The notes beneath the pieces were generated by a model that saw only the letters and a program-made list of their open reading frames with translations, was not told the origin of the DNA and did no database searches. From the NCBI GenBank assembly GCA_964014335.1, contig CAXGZT010000001.1, positions 926-64,925 on the forward strand: a stretch of DNA of 64,000 nucleotides, written 5' to 3'. The position numbers and the translations under genes were made by a program. Shown here one piece after another: positions 17,702 through 28,047 of this stretch (its first letter is position 1; each line of letters begins with the position of its first letter). The stretch is from an uncultured Campylobacterales bacterium. Lineage in GTDB: Bacteria > Campylobacterota > Campylobacteria > Campylobacterales > Sulfurimonadaceae.

Positions 17702-18402
17702 TGGCAAAAGATTCAATCAAAGTAAGACTTCCGGGTCTAGGTGGTCAGGGTGCGGTAACTGCTGCACACATCGCAGCAACAGCAGCAGATACTGATGGTT
17801 ACTATGCTGTATCTAACCCATTCTTTGGTGCAGAAAAGCGTATGGCTCCGTCTGAGTCTTATGTAAGACTCGGTACTGTGCCTATTTACGATAGAGGGGA
17901 AGTTATTTACCCTGATATCGTTATGATTTTCCACCCACAAGTTATTACTATGGGTAAATCATACACTATGCCTTTTTATGCAGGTATTAAAGAAAATGGT
18001 CTGGTTATCATCAACTCTGACAAAGACCTTTTAACTGATACGGATAGAAAGATCCTTGATGACCTAAACGTTAAAGTACTTACAAAAGACTTTACTCAGT
18101 TCGCTATCGATAAAGCTGGTACAGAACTTGCAACAAACATGGCTATGCTAGGTGCACTATTTGGTGCTCTTGGTACAGTTTCTAAGCCTGCTATTGAAGA
18201 AGGTATCAAAGACCGTTTCCTTAAGAAATATACAGCTTCAGGTGGTACGGCTACACTTGACTCGGTTATTGAGAAAAAATTCAAGAAGAAACAGGAACTT
18301 ATCCAGAAAAACCTTGACACTGCATCTGCAGCATTTGATCTAACTGCTGCATGGGCAAAAGAAGTTGGTCTAGAGCAAATTCTAGAGCCTGCTAAGAAGT
18401 AA
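17701..18402 (+). CDS. 2-oxoacid:ferredoxin oxidoreductase gamma subunit, copy 2
   Basis: GLGGQGAVT and AGTELATNMAMLG. TAATG overlap with beta. Confidence 0.9.
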   Translation: MAKDSIKVRLPGLGGQGAVTAAHIAATAADTDGYYAVSNPFFGAEKRMAPSESYVRLGTVPIYDRGEVIYPDIVMIFHPQVITMGKSYTMPFYAGIKENGLVIINSDKDLLTDTDRKILDDLNVKVLTKDFTQFAIDKAGTELATNMAMLGALFGALGTVSKPAIEEGIKDRFLKKYTASGGTATLDSVIEKKFKKKQELIQKNLDTASAAFDLTAAWAKEVGLEQILEPAKK

Positions 18403-18411
18403 TACTTCATA

Positions 18412-18440
18412 TTACAACTGTGCCTTTGGTACAGTTGTAA
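18412..18440 (+). terminator. Hairpin after OFOR operon 2
   Basis: Perfect 10-bp stem TTACAACTGT-N9-ACAGTTGTAA, 10 nt after the gamma stop. Confidence 0.5.
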
Positions 18441-18554
18441 CACCCCCTTGATTCATTAAATTTCTTTCATAAACCTTTGCATTTAACACAAGAGATTATG
18501 AAATAAATTTATTGCAAACACCCACTTACACCAAGTAATTTATAAGGCATAGAC

Positions 18555-19526
18555 ATGATTCAATCATTTATCATTACAGGATTTTTAGGCGTCGGAAAGA
18601 CTACAATGCTCACCAATACGGTCAAAGAACATTTTTCTGACAAGAAAGTCGCTATTATTGTAAACGAGTTTGGTGATATCGGCGTAGATGGTAATATACT
18701 CAGCAATGTATACAGTGAAGTACTTGAGATATCAGAAGGGTGTATCTGTTGTCAACTGGCCCAAGAGTTTGAAAGCGGTGTCATAGAGATCATGAATAAA
18801 TATAATCCTGAGATAATCTTTGTAGAGACCTCAGGTGCATCTGAACCTTTTCCCATCTTTTTATCCTTGCAAAATCTCGGAATCTCCGTTGAGGGCGTTA
18901 TTTGTGTTGTTGACTCCAAAAACCTTGATTCCTATAAGGACAACTCCACGGCCAAGTATCAGATTGGCGGCTCAAACATACTCGTGTTAAACAAGACCGA
19001 TCTCGTGAGCGATAATGAATTAGAAGCTGTAAAGAGAGATGTCATTGCAATCAAAGAAGAATACAATATTAAAAACACTCTTACGGGTCAGACTATATTT
19101 AATAACTATGTCGTAAACAGTGCCGAGCAGGGCCTCGTCGCCAAAGAAGTTTTTGAAGGTGTTTACAAAGTTGATGAGATTGTTGGGTTAGCAAAAGATT
19201 ATGAACGCCTTGATCACACGATAAAAGACTCGATCACCCAGAAAGTTGCTTACCTCAAAGAGGACATTGAGTTTATGGATGTGGATGAAGTCTTAAAAAG
19301 CCTTCCCAAAAGCATCTACCGGGTAAAAGGCGTCGTACGGGTAAAAGATGTGCCAAATCCCATCGTGATAAACTACTCATTCGGCAATGTCTCATTTGAA
19401 GAGTTAGATGAGTATACTGAACCGTCCATTATGATATTTATCGGGGCAGCAATAGAGAGTGACGTGAATCAGTTAAATAAAAAGTTTGATTTTTTAAACG
19501 TGCCTCAATTTAAAATAAGCAGATAG
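18555..19526 (+). CDS. COG0523 (CobW/ZigA/YeiR-type) metallochaperone GTPase
   Basis: P-loop GFLGVGKTT plus the hallmark CxCC motif (GCICCQL). Confidence 0.85.
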   Translation: MIQSFIITGFLGVGKTTMLTNTVKEHFSDKKVAIIVNEFGDIGVDGNILSNVYSEVLEISEGCICCQLAQEFESGVIEIMNKYNPEIIFVETSGASEPFPIFLSLQNLGISVEGVICVVDSKNLDSYKDNSTAKYQIGGSNILVLNKTDLVSDNELEAVKRDVIAIKEEYNIKNTLTGQTIFNNYVVNSAEQGLVAKEVFEGVYKVDEIVGLAKDYERLDHTIKDSITQKVAYLKEDIEFMDVDEVLKSLPKSIYRVKGVVRVKDVPNPIVINYSFGNVSFEELDEYTEPSIMIFIGAAIESDVNQLNKKFDFLNVPQFKISR

Positions 19527-19780
19527 TCTTTATTCCCAAGATAGACTTCTTGAAGCAGTAGTGCGGATTTTAGTGACTCCTGCTTTAAAGACTGCTGCGC
19601 CCGCTGTCAATCATAATTTTATATACCCGATACCTGCAGTAAAAAGCTTATCAGACTTAAGATCTGGCACCTCAAGATGCGGAGGCACAAGTCCTCTCTC
19701 ATCCGCGCCAATGACCCGTATTTATAGAATCCCCGCGTAGAAGTTCTTTAAGTCGATTGAGGAAGTGTCTGGAAAATAGT

Positions 19781-20389
19781 TCAGTTATCTCTATTTAGAC
19801 GCAAGACATAGCCCTTTCCCTGGACCGTGTCGATAAGACCCGTCCCTATACGCTTGCGAAGACGCAGGACAAGGTTACGCAGAGCATGTCCGCGATCCTC
19901 GACGCCGCCCCAGATAACACACTCCAAATAATCATGCGTAAGGGGACGATTGATATTTGTCATAAAGGTATGCATGAGGTTAGACTCTTTTTGACTCAAA
20001 TGAACATCTTCATTATCAATATACAAGACCCTTCCGGAAACATCATATCTGACGTTTTCGCTAAGGTTCAGATGATTGTCATTCATCAGTTTCGAAACTT
20101 TGATATCCAGTTCAAGCAGATCGAAGGGTTTCTTCAAGTAATCATCACAGCCAACCTCATAAGCATTCATGATCGTCTCGATATCGTTATCCCCGCTCAC
20201 CATGATGATAGGGACCTGAGGGTACTTGAGTCGAAGCTCTTTTACTAAAGCGATTCCGCTTGATTGAGAAAGGTTGATATCGATGATGTAAAGATCGTAA
20301 ACGCTCTCTTTGACACCTTCCAAAACGCTGTCTGCATCAATATAATCGTCACAGAGCCAAGCCCTTTCTTCAAAAAAATTATGCATCAA
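19781..20389 (-). CDS. OmpR-family response regulator (start uncertain, possibly ATT near 20434)
   Basis: Receiver domain (LYIIDINL, MVSGDND, DDYLKKPF) plus a winged-helix C-terminus (GKGYVLR). The in-frame upstream codons ALVVEDDTVFLS encode the missing beta1/acidic pocket but contain no ATG, GTG or TTG. Confidence 0.75.
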   Translation of the reverse strand: MMHNFFEERAWLCDDYIDADSVLEGVKESVYDLYIIDINLSQSSGIALVKELRLKYPQVPIIMVSGDNDIETIMNAYEVGCDDYLKKPFDLLELDIKVSKLMNDNHLNLSENVRYDVSGRVLYIDNEDVHLSQKESNLMHTFMTNINRPLTHDYLECVIWGGVEDRGHALRNLVLRLRKRIGTGLIDTVQGKGYVLRLNRDN

Positions 20390-20656
20390 GGATAAAAAAA
20401 CCGTATCATCTTCTACTAGTGCACATCGTCTAATAATCGATCCTTTTGAGAAAAAATCATTTTTAATGCAGTCATTTTATCATAATAGTATAAAGTTGGG
20501 AAGAAGAAGTACCGGGAGGGTAGACCCGGGCACTTTAACATGTAAAAAGTAAATAAATTATCTAGACAGGCGTACAATCGGGGAAAGAGTCACGACCTGT
20601 TTCCAGCCTTAGCATGCATAAGTTGGATGTCAAAATTCTAATACAAAAGAGTTAAT

Positions 20657-20673
20657 AGAGTGTAAATCACTCT
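20657..20673 (-). terminator. Hairpin overlapping the MCP stop codon
   Basis: AGAGTG-N5-CACTCT, followed on the minus strand by T-rich sequence. Confidence 0.45.
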
Positions 20674-22088
20674 ACAACCATTGCATCCAGTACACTAAAC
20701 AGCTCATCGCTTGCTCTTTCCATCTCTTCGAAATTTGCTATAACGATCGCCGGGTTCCCGCCATCAAAAGTCGTGCCCTCTTCCACAAAATGCATATTAG
20801 CATGCAGTTTCTCATGCACAGTTTTATGCGGTACGTTAATCTGCCTAAAGGCCTGAGTATGGCTGAATCTCTTAGCGGCTTCGGAATGCATCCACTCTCC
20901 GAGCCTGCATGTTTCAGCACTCTCAAAACTCTGGCCTTTTTTCTCATCCAAGGTGGTGGAATACGCAAAAGATTTCAAAATAATATGATCTATCTTAGCC
21001 AAGGTTACGAAAAGGCGGTTTTGAATCAGGTTGGCCGATTTCGCCGACGTTTTCGCTGTTTCATAAAAACCGGAAAAGGTCTCTTCAAAATTTTGGATCT
21101 CGTCGCTTGAACTCGTTGCCAACTCCGAGACATGTACAGAATTGCTCTGTATCTCGCTTGACTCTTGCTGCAGAGTCGAGATCGTTATCTCAATCTCCTG
21201 AGTTGCCTTTTGCGTACGTTCTGCAAGTTTTCTCACCTCATCGGCAACGACGGCAAATCCCCGTCCATGTTCTCCGGCACGTGCAGCTTCTATCGCAGCA
21301 TTTAGGGCTAAAAGGTTTGTCTGGTCGGCAATATCTTTGATGAGTCCCACTATTTCAGAAATCTCCTGTGAACGGCTGTGCAGGCTTATGACACCCTCAT
21401 GAGACGCACCGATAAGTTCATTAAGCTCTGAAAGCTTTTTACTTACAGAATAAACACTCTCCCTGCTCTTTTCCGCTTCATCCGCCGTGATCTGGGCATT
21501 CTCTACTATCCCTTCGGATTCCTCTTCGGCATTATGAACATCATCTTGGATCAATTTTAAACCGCCGGCAAAACCGCCGCCCAGATTATTAAATTTTGCG
21601 GCCACTTCACCGCGGACCTTTGTCCTATGACCCAGGGAGATCGCCTCGATCGAGTCATTTAGCTGTATACATGTTTCTCTCAGCATTCCATGCAAACCAC
21701 CCGGAAAGGTGCGTCGGAAAGTCTTCCCGTCTGACGCCATGGCGATAGAGGTAGATACGTCACGCATAAAGGCTTCCAACTGATCGAGAACATCATTAAC
21801 GGCCCAGGCCAACTCTTCTTGCCCCTTGTCTTCCGAAGAGATATGCGTAATCCTCTGCTCAAGGTCTCCTCTTGCCGTCGCATTAAGTACCCTGCGAATC
21901 TCGTCTCGAAGACGTACACTCATCTTAGACGTATTCGATTGCACAAACACAGAAGAGACAACGACCGCTAAACCGATGGCGGATATAATATACTCACCGT
22001 TAACAAGAGTATAAACCGTGACAAGCAGCAGCCCTGTCAGAAGCAATAGGCTCTGTTTATTCTTGAATAGTGATGATAAGTTCGTCAT
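20667..22088 (-). CDS. Methyl-accepting chemotaxis protein with C-terminal CZB (chemoreceptor zinc-binding) domain
   Basis: Two N-terminal TM segments and a HAMP-like region. MCP signalling core [41 protein letters not shown]-like KIDHIILK...CRLGEWMH...H..H at the C-terminus. Confidence 0.88.
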   Translation of the reverse strand: MTNLSSLFKNKQSLLLLTGLLLVTVYTLVNGEYIISAIGLAVVVSSVFVQSNTSKMSVRLRDEIRRVLNATARGDLEQRITHISSEDKGQEELAWAVNDVLDQLEAFMRDVSTSIAMASDGKTFRRTFPGGLHGMLRETCIQLNDSIEAISLGHRTKVRGEVAAKFNNLGGGFAGGLKLIQDDVHNAEEESEGIVENAQITADEAEKSRESVYSVSKKLSELNELIGASHEGVISLHSRSQEISEIVGLIKDIADQTNLLALNAAIEAARAGEHGRGFAVVADEVRKLAERTQKATQEIEITISTLQQESSEIQSNSVHVSELATSSSDEIQNFEETFSGFYETAKTSAKSANLIQNRLFVTLAKIDHIILKSFAYSTTLDEKKGQSFESAETCRLGEWMHSEAAKRFSHTQAFRQINVPHKTVHEKLHANMHFVEEGTTFDGGNPAIVIANFEEMERASDELFSVLDAMVVE

Positions 22089-22542
22089 AGCTCATTCCTT
22101 TCTCTGCCAATAAGTCCGTTAATACTTTTGCTGAAGCTTCTACGCCGGCACTCTTTTCTACTTGAATCATCTTGGCGTACAGAGGTTTAATAATCTCGAT
22201 CGCCTTTGGATTTGGTTTACGTCTGACGGAATAATATCCGATGATATTTCCATGCACGTCCAAAGAGGCCGTCACATTGGCAAATACCCAGTACTCGTTT
22301 TTGTTTTTGGTTTCATTAATAACGTAAGCAAAGACTTCTTCTTTCTTCTGTATGCGATCCCATAAAAGTTTGAAGACCGCCTTCGGCATATCCGGATGAC
22401 GAATAATACTATGAGGTTTCCCCAGCAACTCCTCTTCGCTGTACTCAGCCATATTCATAAAAATACGATTACAATAAGTAATCTTTCCTCTTAAGTCTGT
22501 TTTTGAGACGATAAAATCATTCTCATCCATCTTACGTTCCAT
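22057..22542 (-). CDS. Stand-alone PAS-domain signal protein (CetB/Aer-like)
   Basis: [44 protein letters not shown] is a typical Aer/CetB-type PAS. I chose the start at ATG 22542 (MERKMDEN), with GAAGG upstream. The 3' end overlaps the MCP start by 32 nt. Confidence 0.8.
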   Translation of the reverse strand: MERKMDENDFIVSKTDLRGKITYCNRIFMNMAEYSEEELLGKPHSIIRHPDMPKAVFKLLWDRIQKKEEVFAYVINETKNKNEYWVFANVTASLDVHGNIIGYYSVRRKPNPKAIEIIKPLYAKMIQVEKSAGVEASAKVLTDLLAEKGMSYDELIITIQE

Positions 22543-22652
22543 AAGTGACCCTTCCCATTTTATCCACGCATTATAACACAAGCATTTGGTAATAGAATCA
22601 CATCAAAATAAAAATATTAATAAGGGGTATAAATAAAGCTGAGGAGTGTATA

Positions 22653-22740
22653 TGGCAGAGAGGAAGGGATTCGAACCCTCGGTGAATTGCTCCACACACG
22701 CGTTCCAGGCGTGCGCCTTCGACCACTCGGCCACCTCTCT
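22653..22740 (-). tRNA. tRNA-Ser (anticodon GGA)
   Basis: Hand-folded 88-nt cloverleaf. Acceptor AGAGAGG/CCTCTCT, D-arm GCCGAGTGGTCGAAGGC, anticodon stem-loop CACGC-CTGGAAC-GCGTG, long variable arm, T-loop TTCGAAT, encoded CCA. Confidence 0.9.
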
Positions 22741-22909
22741 ACATTTTTGGAGAAAGGAATTATACTTTGTCTTAAAGTAAATATTACTTAAACTGCCATA
22801 TGGAGCCCTATTATAGGCAAAGAAAAAACGGTTTCATAAAGGTTTGCACAGATGTATGGTTACTCTTCATAATAAATATCTATTCAGAGTTGTTTCTAGA
22901 TAACACAGC

Positions 22910-23074
22910 CTACTCTTCAATAGGCTCAAACTCTTCTTTTCGTTCACCGCAATCAGGGCATACCCAATCATCCGGCAGGTCCTCAAAGGGTGTACCCGGA
23001 GCGATGTCTGCCTCTGGGTCACCCAGGGCCGGATCGTAGATATAGCCACAGGTCGGACATCTATATTTTTTCAT
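22910..23074 (-). CDS. Rubredoxin
   Basis: 54 aa, [15 protein letters not shown]...WVCPDCG (two CxxC pairs). AAGGAG SD. The ORF-track start at 23155 is probably over-extended. Confidence 0.9.
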   Translation of the reverse strand: MKKYRCPTCGYIYDPALGDPEADIAPGTPFEDLPDDWVCPDCGERKEEFEPIEE

Positions 23075-23227
23075 CACTTTCTCCTTAAAAAAAATTAAAC
23101 TCTGCTCACGAGAGGAGTCACACCGGCGGCTCTCCTTCCTCACATTGTAAATCACGCAATATTAATTTCCACGATGGGTTCACAATTAGTTTCTACTATT
23201 AGAAATCATTTAACGAAGGAGAAACAA

Positions 23228-23569
23228 ATGAAAAGTTTAATCAGAGTTTTATTAATAGGCACGCTTCTTGGGAGTACTGGCGCTTCATCCCTGATGGCGG
23301 ATGTTAAAAAAGGTCAAAAACATTATCTCAAAACCTTTAAATCAAAATTTAAAATGAACGGTACCAAGTTTGCGGCCTTACATACCCAAGAGGAGTGGAT
23401 CAGCTTGTTTGAAGAGGAGGGAAAAGGATTTGTGCTTGAGTTTTCACAGCGGTTTCCGAAGTCAAAAAAGCTTCTCTCCAAGCCAAAGGTGTGGAAAAAG
23501 CTTCAGCATGTCAGAGACTTTGCCATTGAATATGCAAGTGATTCAGGAAACGTACCCTCTTGCGGATAA
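23228..23569 (+). CDS. Secreted hypothetical protein
   Basis: Start at ATG 23228 with an AAGGAG SD. Signal-peptide-like N-terminus MKSLIRVLLIGTLLGSTGASS. No recognised domain. Confidence 0.55.
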   Translation: MKSLIRVLLIGTLLGSTGASSLMADVKKGQKHYLKTFKSKFKMNGTKFAALHTQEEWISLFEEEGKGFVLEFSQRFPKSKKLLSKPKVWKKLQHVRDFAIEYASDSGNVPSCG

Positions 23570-23609
23570 GCTATGCACTGCATAAAAAAAATATTATGAA
23601 GGATCAATA

Positions 23610-23903
23610 ATGAAAAGAGTTATACTTACACTAATGTTCATGAGCACGATCATGATGGCCTCAGACGGAGCTGACTTGTACAACAAATGTTCAAGCTGTC
23701 ACGGAGTTATGGGCGACAAAAAAGCCCTCGGTAAGAGCAAGATCATCAATGAGATGTCTCAAGATGACTTAATAACTGCGATGAAAGGCTATCAGGACGG
23801 TTCTTACGGAGGCTCCATGAAGGCCTTGATGAAAGGTCAAGTCGCCAAACTGGATGAGGCACAGATAAAAAGCCTTGCAGAGCATATCTCAAGCCTTAAA
23901 TAG
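23610..23903 (+). CDS. Class I cytochrome c (c553-like)
   Basis: Signal peptide, a single CSSCH haem motif, and a distal Met region (GGSMKALMKG). Confidence 0.85.
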   Translation: MKRVILTLMFMSTIMMASDGADLYNKCSSCHGVMGDKKALGKSKIINEMSQDDLITAMKGYQDGSYGGSMKALMKGQVAKLDEAQIKSLAEHISSLK

Positions 23904-24294
23904 GCTTGCAGTATAATAAAGCTATGAAACCAGAAGATACACAGAGCTGGATACTCATAGCATTTATCACTGTTTTGCTACTAAGCCTATATAAGATATA
24001 TATATGCTCTTTAGCAAACCTTCTAATGGACAAGACACCCAAACAGAGCATAAAGAACTAAGTGATATTATTATCTTGTTTATACGTAACAACACGATAT
24101 CATAGCCAAAGAATAAAGCCCTCTTTGCACAGATGATACGAGCAGAGGCTTTTGATCATCGGCTCTACAAAAGTTTGAATCTCAACCGCTTCAACCGACT
24201 GGTGCAACAACTCTTTTATATCTATAAGGCCAACTCACTTCCTGAACTGACAAAGTGTATTCAGGCTCAAAACCTCGAGTCCGTCGCTAAAGAC

Positions 24295-25272
24295 TCAGGG
24301 ACGATTGCTCTTTAAAAAAGTATAAATATCTTTATAGCTCTGCCAGGGGCTCACTGATATATAGGTGATCTCATGCTCCAAACAGAACTCTTCCGTTATC
24401 TTCGCTGCTTTCAAGAGATAAAAACGTGGCGCTTTGGGATAAAGATGATGTTCGACCTGGGTATTCAGTCCGCCATAGAACCAGTGAATAAGCTTTCCGC
24501 CTCTAACATTTCGACTCGTCCTGTTTTGCAGCTCCAGCCATGTGAACTCCCTGTACTTCTCTTCAGGGAACATTTCCAGGCCCAAATGGTTCGTGATGAT
24601 CACGGCGCCGAACCAGGCTGACCACAGCAGGTAGATACCGATCACGACAGAGAGACCCTCTGACCAACCCAATGTATTTATGATGTAGATCGGGATGAAA
24701 GCATTCAAAGCCACTGCCGCCAGCTCACCCCAATACCTCTTCTTCAGTACATAATTAAGCGACTGTATCCAAAAGACAAAATAGAGGAGTGTCAAAAGCG
24801 GCCAAAAAAGGATATGCTGATTCCTGTGAAACCAGGACGGATAGTGATACTGCCCGGTAAAGGCGCCTCCGGCTGCATCTATATCCATATCTTTTCCGAC
24901 AATATTCGTAAAGGTATGGTGCAAAAAGTTATGTTTGTTTTCCCACCATGAACGTGATATTCCCATGATCCCGTTTGCAAATATATAAGAGAGGTTCTTG
25001 TTCATCTGGCGCGAAGCAAAATACTGCCCGTGTATAAGATCGTGTGCGACAAAGGTCGAACGCATTATCGTAGTCGCAAAAAGAACCACGCTGACGAAGG
25101 GATGAAAGTTATTGACGGAATAGAGCGAAACAGCCAAAAGTGTGACCACGATAATAAACTCTGCCGTTGCCCGGCGCGGACATTTTGTATAGAGCCCTTC
25201 TGCCTTTATCTTTGTTTTCAAGTCGGCAAAGAGATAGTTAAACTCTTCATTCGTATATTTTTTTGCTGTCAT
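24295..25272 (-). CDS. Membrane fatty-acid desaturase
   Basis: Three His boxes: HDLIHG, HNFLHH, QVEHHLYP. Hydrophobic N-terminal segments. Confidence 0.85.
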   Translation of the reverse strand: MTAKKYTNEEFNYLFADLKTKIKAEGLYTKCPRRATAEFIIVVTLLAVSLYSVNNFHPFVSVVLFATTIMRSTFVAHDLIHGQYFASRQMNKNLSYIFANGIMGISRSWWENKHNFLHHTFTNIVGKDMDIDAAGGAFTGQYHYPSWFHRNQHILFWPLLTLLYFVFWIQSLNYVLKKRYWGELAAVALNAFIPIYIINTLGWSEGLSVVIGIYLLWSAWFGAVIITNHLGLEMFPEEKYREFTWLELQNRTSRNVRGGKLIHWFYGGLNTQVEHHLYPKAPRFYLLKAAKITEEFCLEHEITYISVSPWQSYKDIYTFLKSNRP

Positions 25273-25375
25273 AATAAACCCTTATAAAATCAAAACGGTG
25301 GTTTTAGTTTTATAAAAACTTGAGAGAACTATACTAAACGAGGGGGTGGGGAATAAAAACCCTGTAAAAGGATCT

Positions 25376-25594
25376 TTATTTGTAACGGTAGGTAATACGG
25401 CCCTTATCAAGACTATAAGGTGTAAGTTCAAGCTTAACCTTATCGCCTGGCAGGATCTTGATATAGTGCATACGCATCTTTCCTGCGATATGGCACAAGA
25501 TCACGTGACCATTTTCAAGCTCAACACGAAATGTCGCATTTGGAAGTGCTTCGATAATTTTACCGTCAACTTCGATAACATCAGTTTTTGCCAT
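25376..25594 (-). CDS. infA: Translation initiation factor IF-1
   Basis: 72 aa, [30 protein letters not shown]...RITYRYK. The ORF-track start at 25660 is over-extended into map. Confidence 0.95.
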   Translation of the reverse strand: MAKTDVIEVDGKIIEALPNATFRVELENGHVILCHIAGKMRMHYIKILPGDKVKLELTPYSLDKGRITYRYK

Positions 25595-25604
25595 CTTCTT
25601 TCCT

Positions 25605-26363
25605 TTATAAAGTTGATAGAATCTCGGCTTTGCCGTTGATAACCGCGACGGTGTGTTCATAATGCGAACCCCTTAAACCGTCTTCACTTACCACGTCCCA
25701 GCCGTTTTCTAATATTTTTGGTTGGCCATTCTTTTGGCATATCATAGGCTCTAGGCAAAAAACCATCCCATTCTTGATCTTCGGTCCCGCCTTTGGATTA
25801 GGAGCATCCAAATAGTTGGGGATTTCAGGATCTTCATGAGGTTTTTTCCCGATTCCATGTCCACAAAAGTTGCGCAAGGGAATATACCCTCGTCCCTTAA
25901 TAAACTTCTCTAATTCAAAAGAGAGCTCTTTAAAGCGCATCCCGTTTCTTATAACGTCTATCGCGTGATAGAGGCTATCTTTTGCACAAGCAATCAAATC
26001 TTCATCTTCTTTGCTTATCTTGCCCACACCGACACTGATCGCAGCATCACCGAACCAGCCCTCGAGCTCAGTACCGATATCAAAACCGATAACGTCGCCC
26101 TCTTGCAATTTATAGTCCGTAGGGATACCGTGAATAATGACCTCGTTAAGTGAGCAACATACAGAAGAAGGAAAGCCGTAAAGGCCTTTAAACGAAGGTT
26201 TTGCACCCTGAGCACGAATAAAATCCTCAGCCATCGCATCCAGTTCTACCAGAGATGTACCGACTGTGGCATTTTCGCGCATGAGGTTCAAAGCGCCTGC
26301 AACAATCTTGTTGGCAGCGCGCAGTTTTTCTATCTCTGCAGGCTTACGAAGCGCAATCGCCAT
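25605..26363 (-). CDS. map: Methionine aminopeptidase type I
   Basis: Conserved HGIP, FCGHGIG and HYEHTV metal-ligand regions. Confidence 0.95.
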   Translation of the reverse strand: MAIALRKPAEIEKLRAANKIVAGALNLMRENATVGTSLVELDAMAEDFIRAQGAKPSFKGLYGFPSSVCCSLNEVIIHGIPTDYKLQEGDVIGFDIGTELEGWFGDAAISVGVGKISKEDEDLIACAKDSLYHAIDVIRNGMRFKELSFELEKFIKGRGYIPLRNFCGHGIGKKPHEDPEIPNYLDAPNPKAGPKIKNGMVFCLEPMICQKNGQPKILENGWDVVSEDGLRGSHYEHTVAVINGKAEILSTL

Positions 26364-26365
26364 GG

Positions 26366-27643
26366 TTATAAACCAACCGCCGAAAGTGTCTCGTATTTTT
26401 GCATATAGACCTGAGCTTCGATCTTACGCATCGTATCAAGTGCTACTTGAACAACGATGAGAACCGCCGTCCCTCCGAAGAAGAACGGTACTCCCATACC
26501 CTTAACGATAACCCATGGAAGTGTTGCCACCAGTCCAAGGTAGATCGCTCCGGTGAAGGTCAAGCGGCTGGCCGTCTCGTTTAGAAACTCGGCTGTATGT
26601 GATCCCGGACGTACACCCGGGATAAAACCGCCCTGACGTTTAAGGTTCTCAGAGATATCTTTTGCATTGAAGGTGATCGATGCATAAAAATAGGCAAAGA
26701 AAACGACAAAAGCAAAGGTGAAAAGGTTGAAGAAATATGAGTTTGGATTCATAAGATCTGCAAGCATTTTCACTGCATCAGAAGTATTCTCGTTGATGTT
26801 TCCAGAAAGGATAGTCCCCGGGAACATCAAGATAGCTGATGCAAAGATAACCGGAATAACACCGGAGAGATTCACCTTTATCGGAATATAATTCATCACG
26901 CGCTTGTTCTGGTTTTGCATCATTACTTTTTTAGCATAAGTGATTGGCACACGGCGTTCACCAAGCTCGACGTAAATAATAATACCGACCGTAACAAGAA
27001 TAACTGCAATGATACCGATGACCATCAAGAAGTTCATACCGCCCGTGTTAAGAAGCGTAATAGTCGAACCGATCGCTGAAGGGATCGAAGAGACGATACC
27101 CGCAAAGATGATCAAAGAGATACCGTTACCGATACCGCTTTGCGTGATCTGTTCGCCGATCCACATCAATAACATCGTCCCGGCCAACATCGAGATCGCT
27201 GCAATAAGCAAGAACTCATTCATGCTCGCGACCAAGATGGCCGAAGAACCGTCAGGTCCGGTCAGGTTTTGAAGCCCGACAGATACTCCGATAGCCTGGA
27301 CTATAGTAATAACAATCGTCGCATAACGAATAATCTGCATATATTTGACCATGCCGTCACGCTCTTTTTTCATCTGGCCTAGCGCAGGAAAGGTAGCGGC
27401 AAGAAGTTCCATGATGATAGAAGCGGTGATATAAGGCATGATACCAAGGGATATGATAGATAGACGCTCGGCTGCATTACCGTTGAACATATTGAATAGT
27501 CCAAGCGCATTGTCAGAGTTGCTGTCGAAGAAAGATTTGATTACCTCTACATCCACACCCGGTACCGGCACATATGCCAGCATTCGGTATAGGAATAAGA
27601 AGCCAAGAGTAATAAGAATTTTATTTACTAAAGACTTACTCAC
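26366..27643 (-). CDS. secY: Preprotein translocase subunit SecY
   Basis: 10-TM protein with typical SecY motifs (LGIMPYITASII, GGFIPGVRPG). Position after rplO. Confidence 0.97.
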   Translation of the reverse strand: MSKSLVNKILITLGFLFLYRMLAYVPVPGVDVEVIKSFFDSNSDNALGLFNMFNGNAAERLSIISLGIMPYITASIIMELLAATFPALGQMKKERDGMVKYMQIIRYATIVITIVQAIGVSVGLQNLTGPDGSSAILVASMNEFLLIAAISMLAGTMLLMWIGEQITQSGIGNGISLIIFAGIVSSIPSAIGSTITLLNTGGMNFLMVIGIIAVILVTVGIIIYVELGERRVPITYAKKVMMQNQNKRVMNYIPIKVNLSGVIPVIFASAILMFPGTILSGNINENTSDAVKMLADLMNPNSYFFNLFTFAFVVFFAYFYASITFNAKDISENLKRQGGFIPGVRPGSHTAEFLNETASRLTFTGAIYLGLVATLPWVIVKGMGVPFFFGGTAVLIVVQVALDTMRKIEAQVYMQKYETLSAVGL

Positions 27644-27645
27644 AA

Positions 27646-28044
27646 TTATTTTCCAGTAACTGTAACGTTCTCATCTTTAATTTTACCGGCAAGCTCTTTT
27701 GCAGATGCGCCTACCAGTTTAATTTTAGAGATCGAGTTTGCTACCTTGTGAACCGAACGGATAGATTCCATTGTGATTTCACTAAGTTCTGCTACTGCTT
27801 TAACACGCTCTACGTTAATAACGTACGGCTTGATCTTACGAGAGAAAAAACCGATCTTAGGTAGACGTTTTGCCAATGGCATCTGCCCACCCTCAAAGTT
27901 ACGCTTACGCTTGTAACCTGAACGTGATTTTTGACCTTTTTGACCACGTGTAGCAGTCTTACCCATTCCTGAAGCCTGACCGCGACCTACACGTTTACGA
28001 CCTTGAGTAGAACCCTCGGCCGGTGAAAGATTTTCTAATGCCAT
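27646..28044 (-). CDS. rplO: 50S ribosomal protein L15
   Basis: [26 protein letters not shown] motif and operon position. Confidence 0.96.
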   Translation of the reverse strand: MALENLSPAEGSTQGRKRVGRGQASGMGKTATRGQKGQKSRSGYKRKRNFEGGQMPLAKRLPKIGFFSRKIKPYVINVERVKAVAELSEITMESIRSVHKVANSISKIKLVGASAKELAGKIKDENVTVTGK

Positions 28045-28047
28045 CTC

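Noticed and set aside
23924-24061. 45-codon ORF with one hydrophobic segment after the cytochrome c553 gene
   Set aside because: No SD-like sequence precedes the ATG, and I cannot assess conservation. It could be a small membrane protein, but there is not enough evidence to call it.
24133-24315. 60-aa plus-strand ORF downstream of cytochrome c
   Set aside because: It has no SD and no motif, and it overlaps the 3' end of the convergent desaturase gene.
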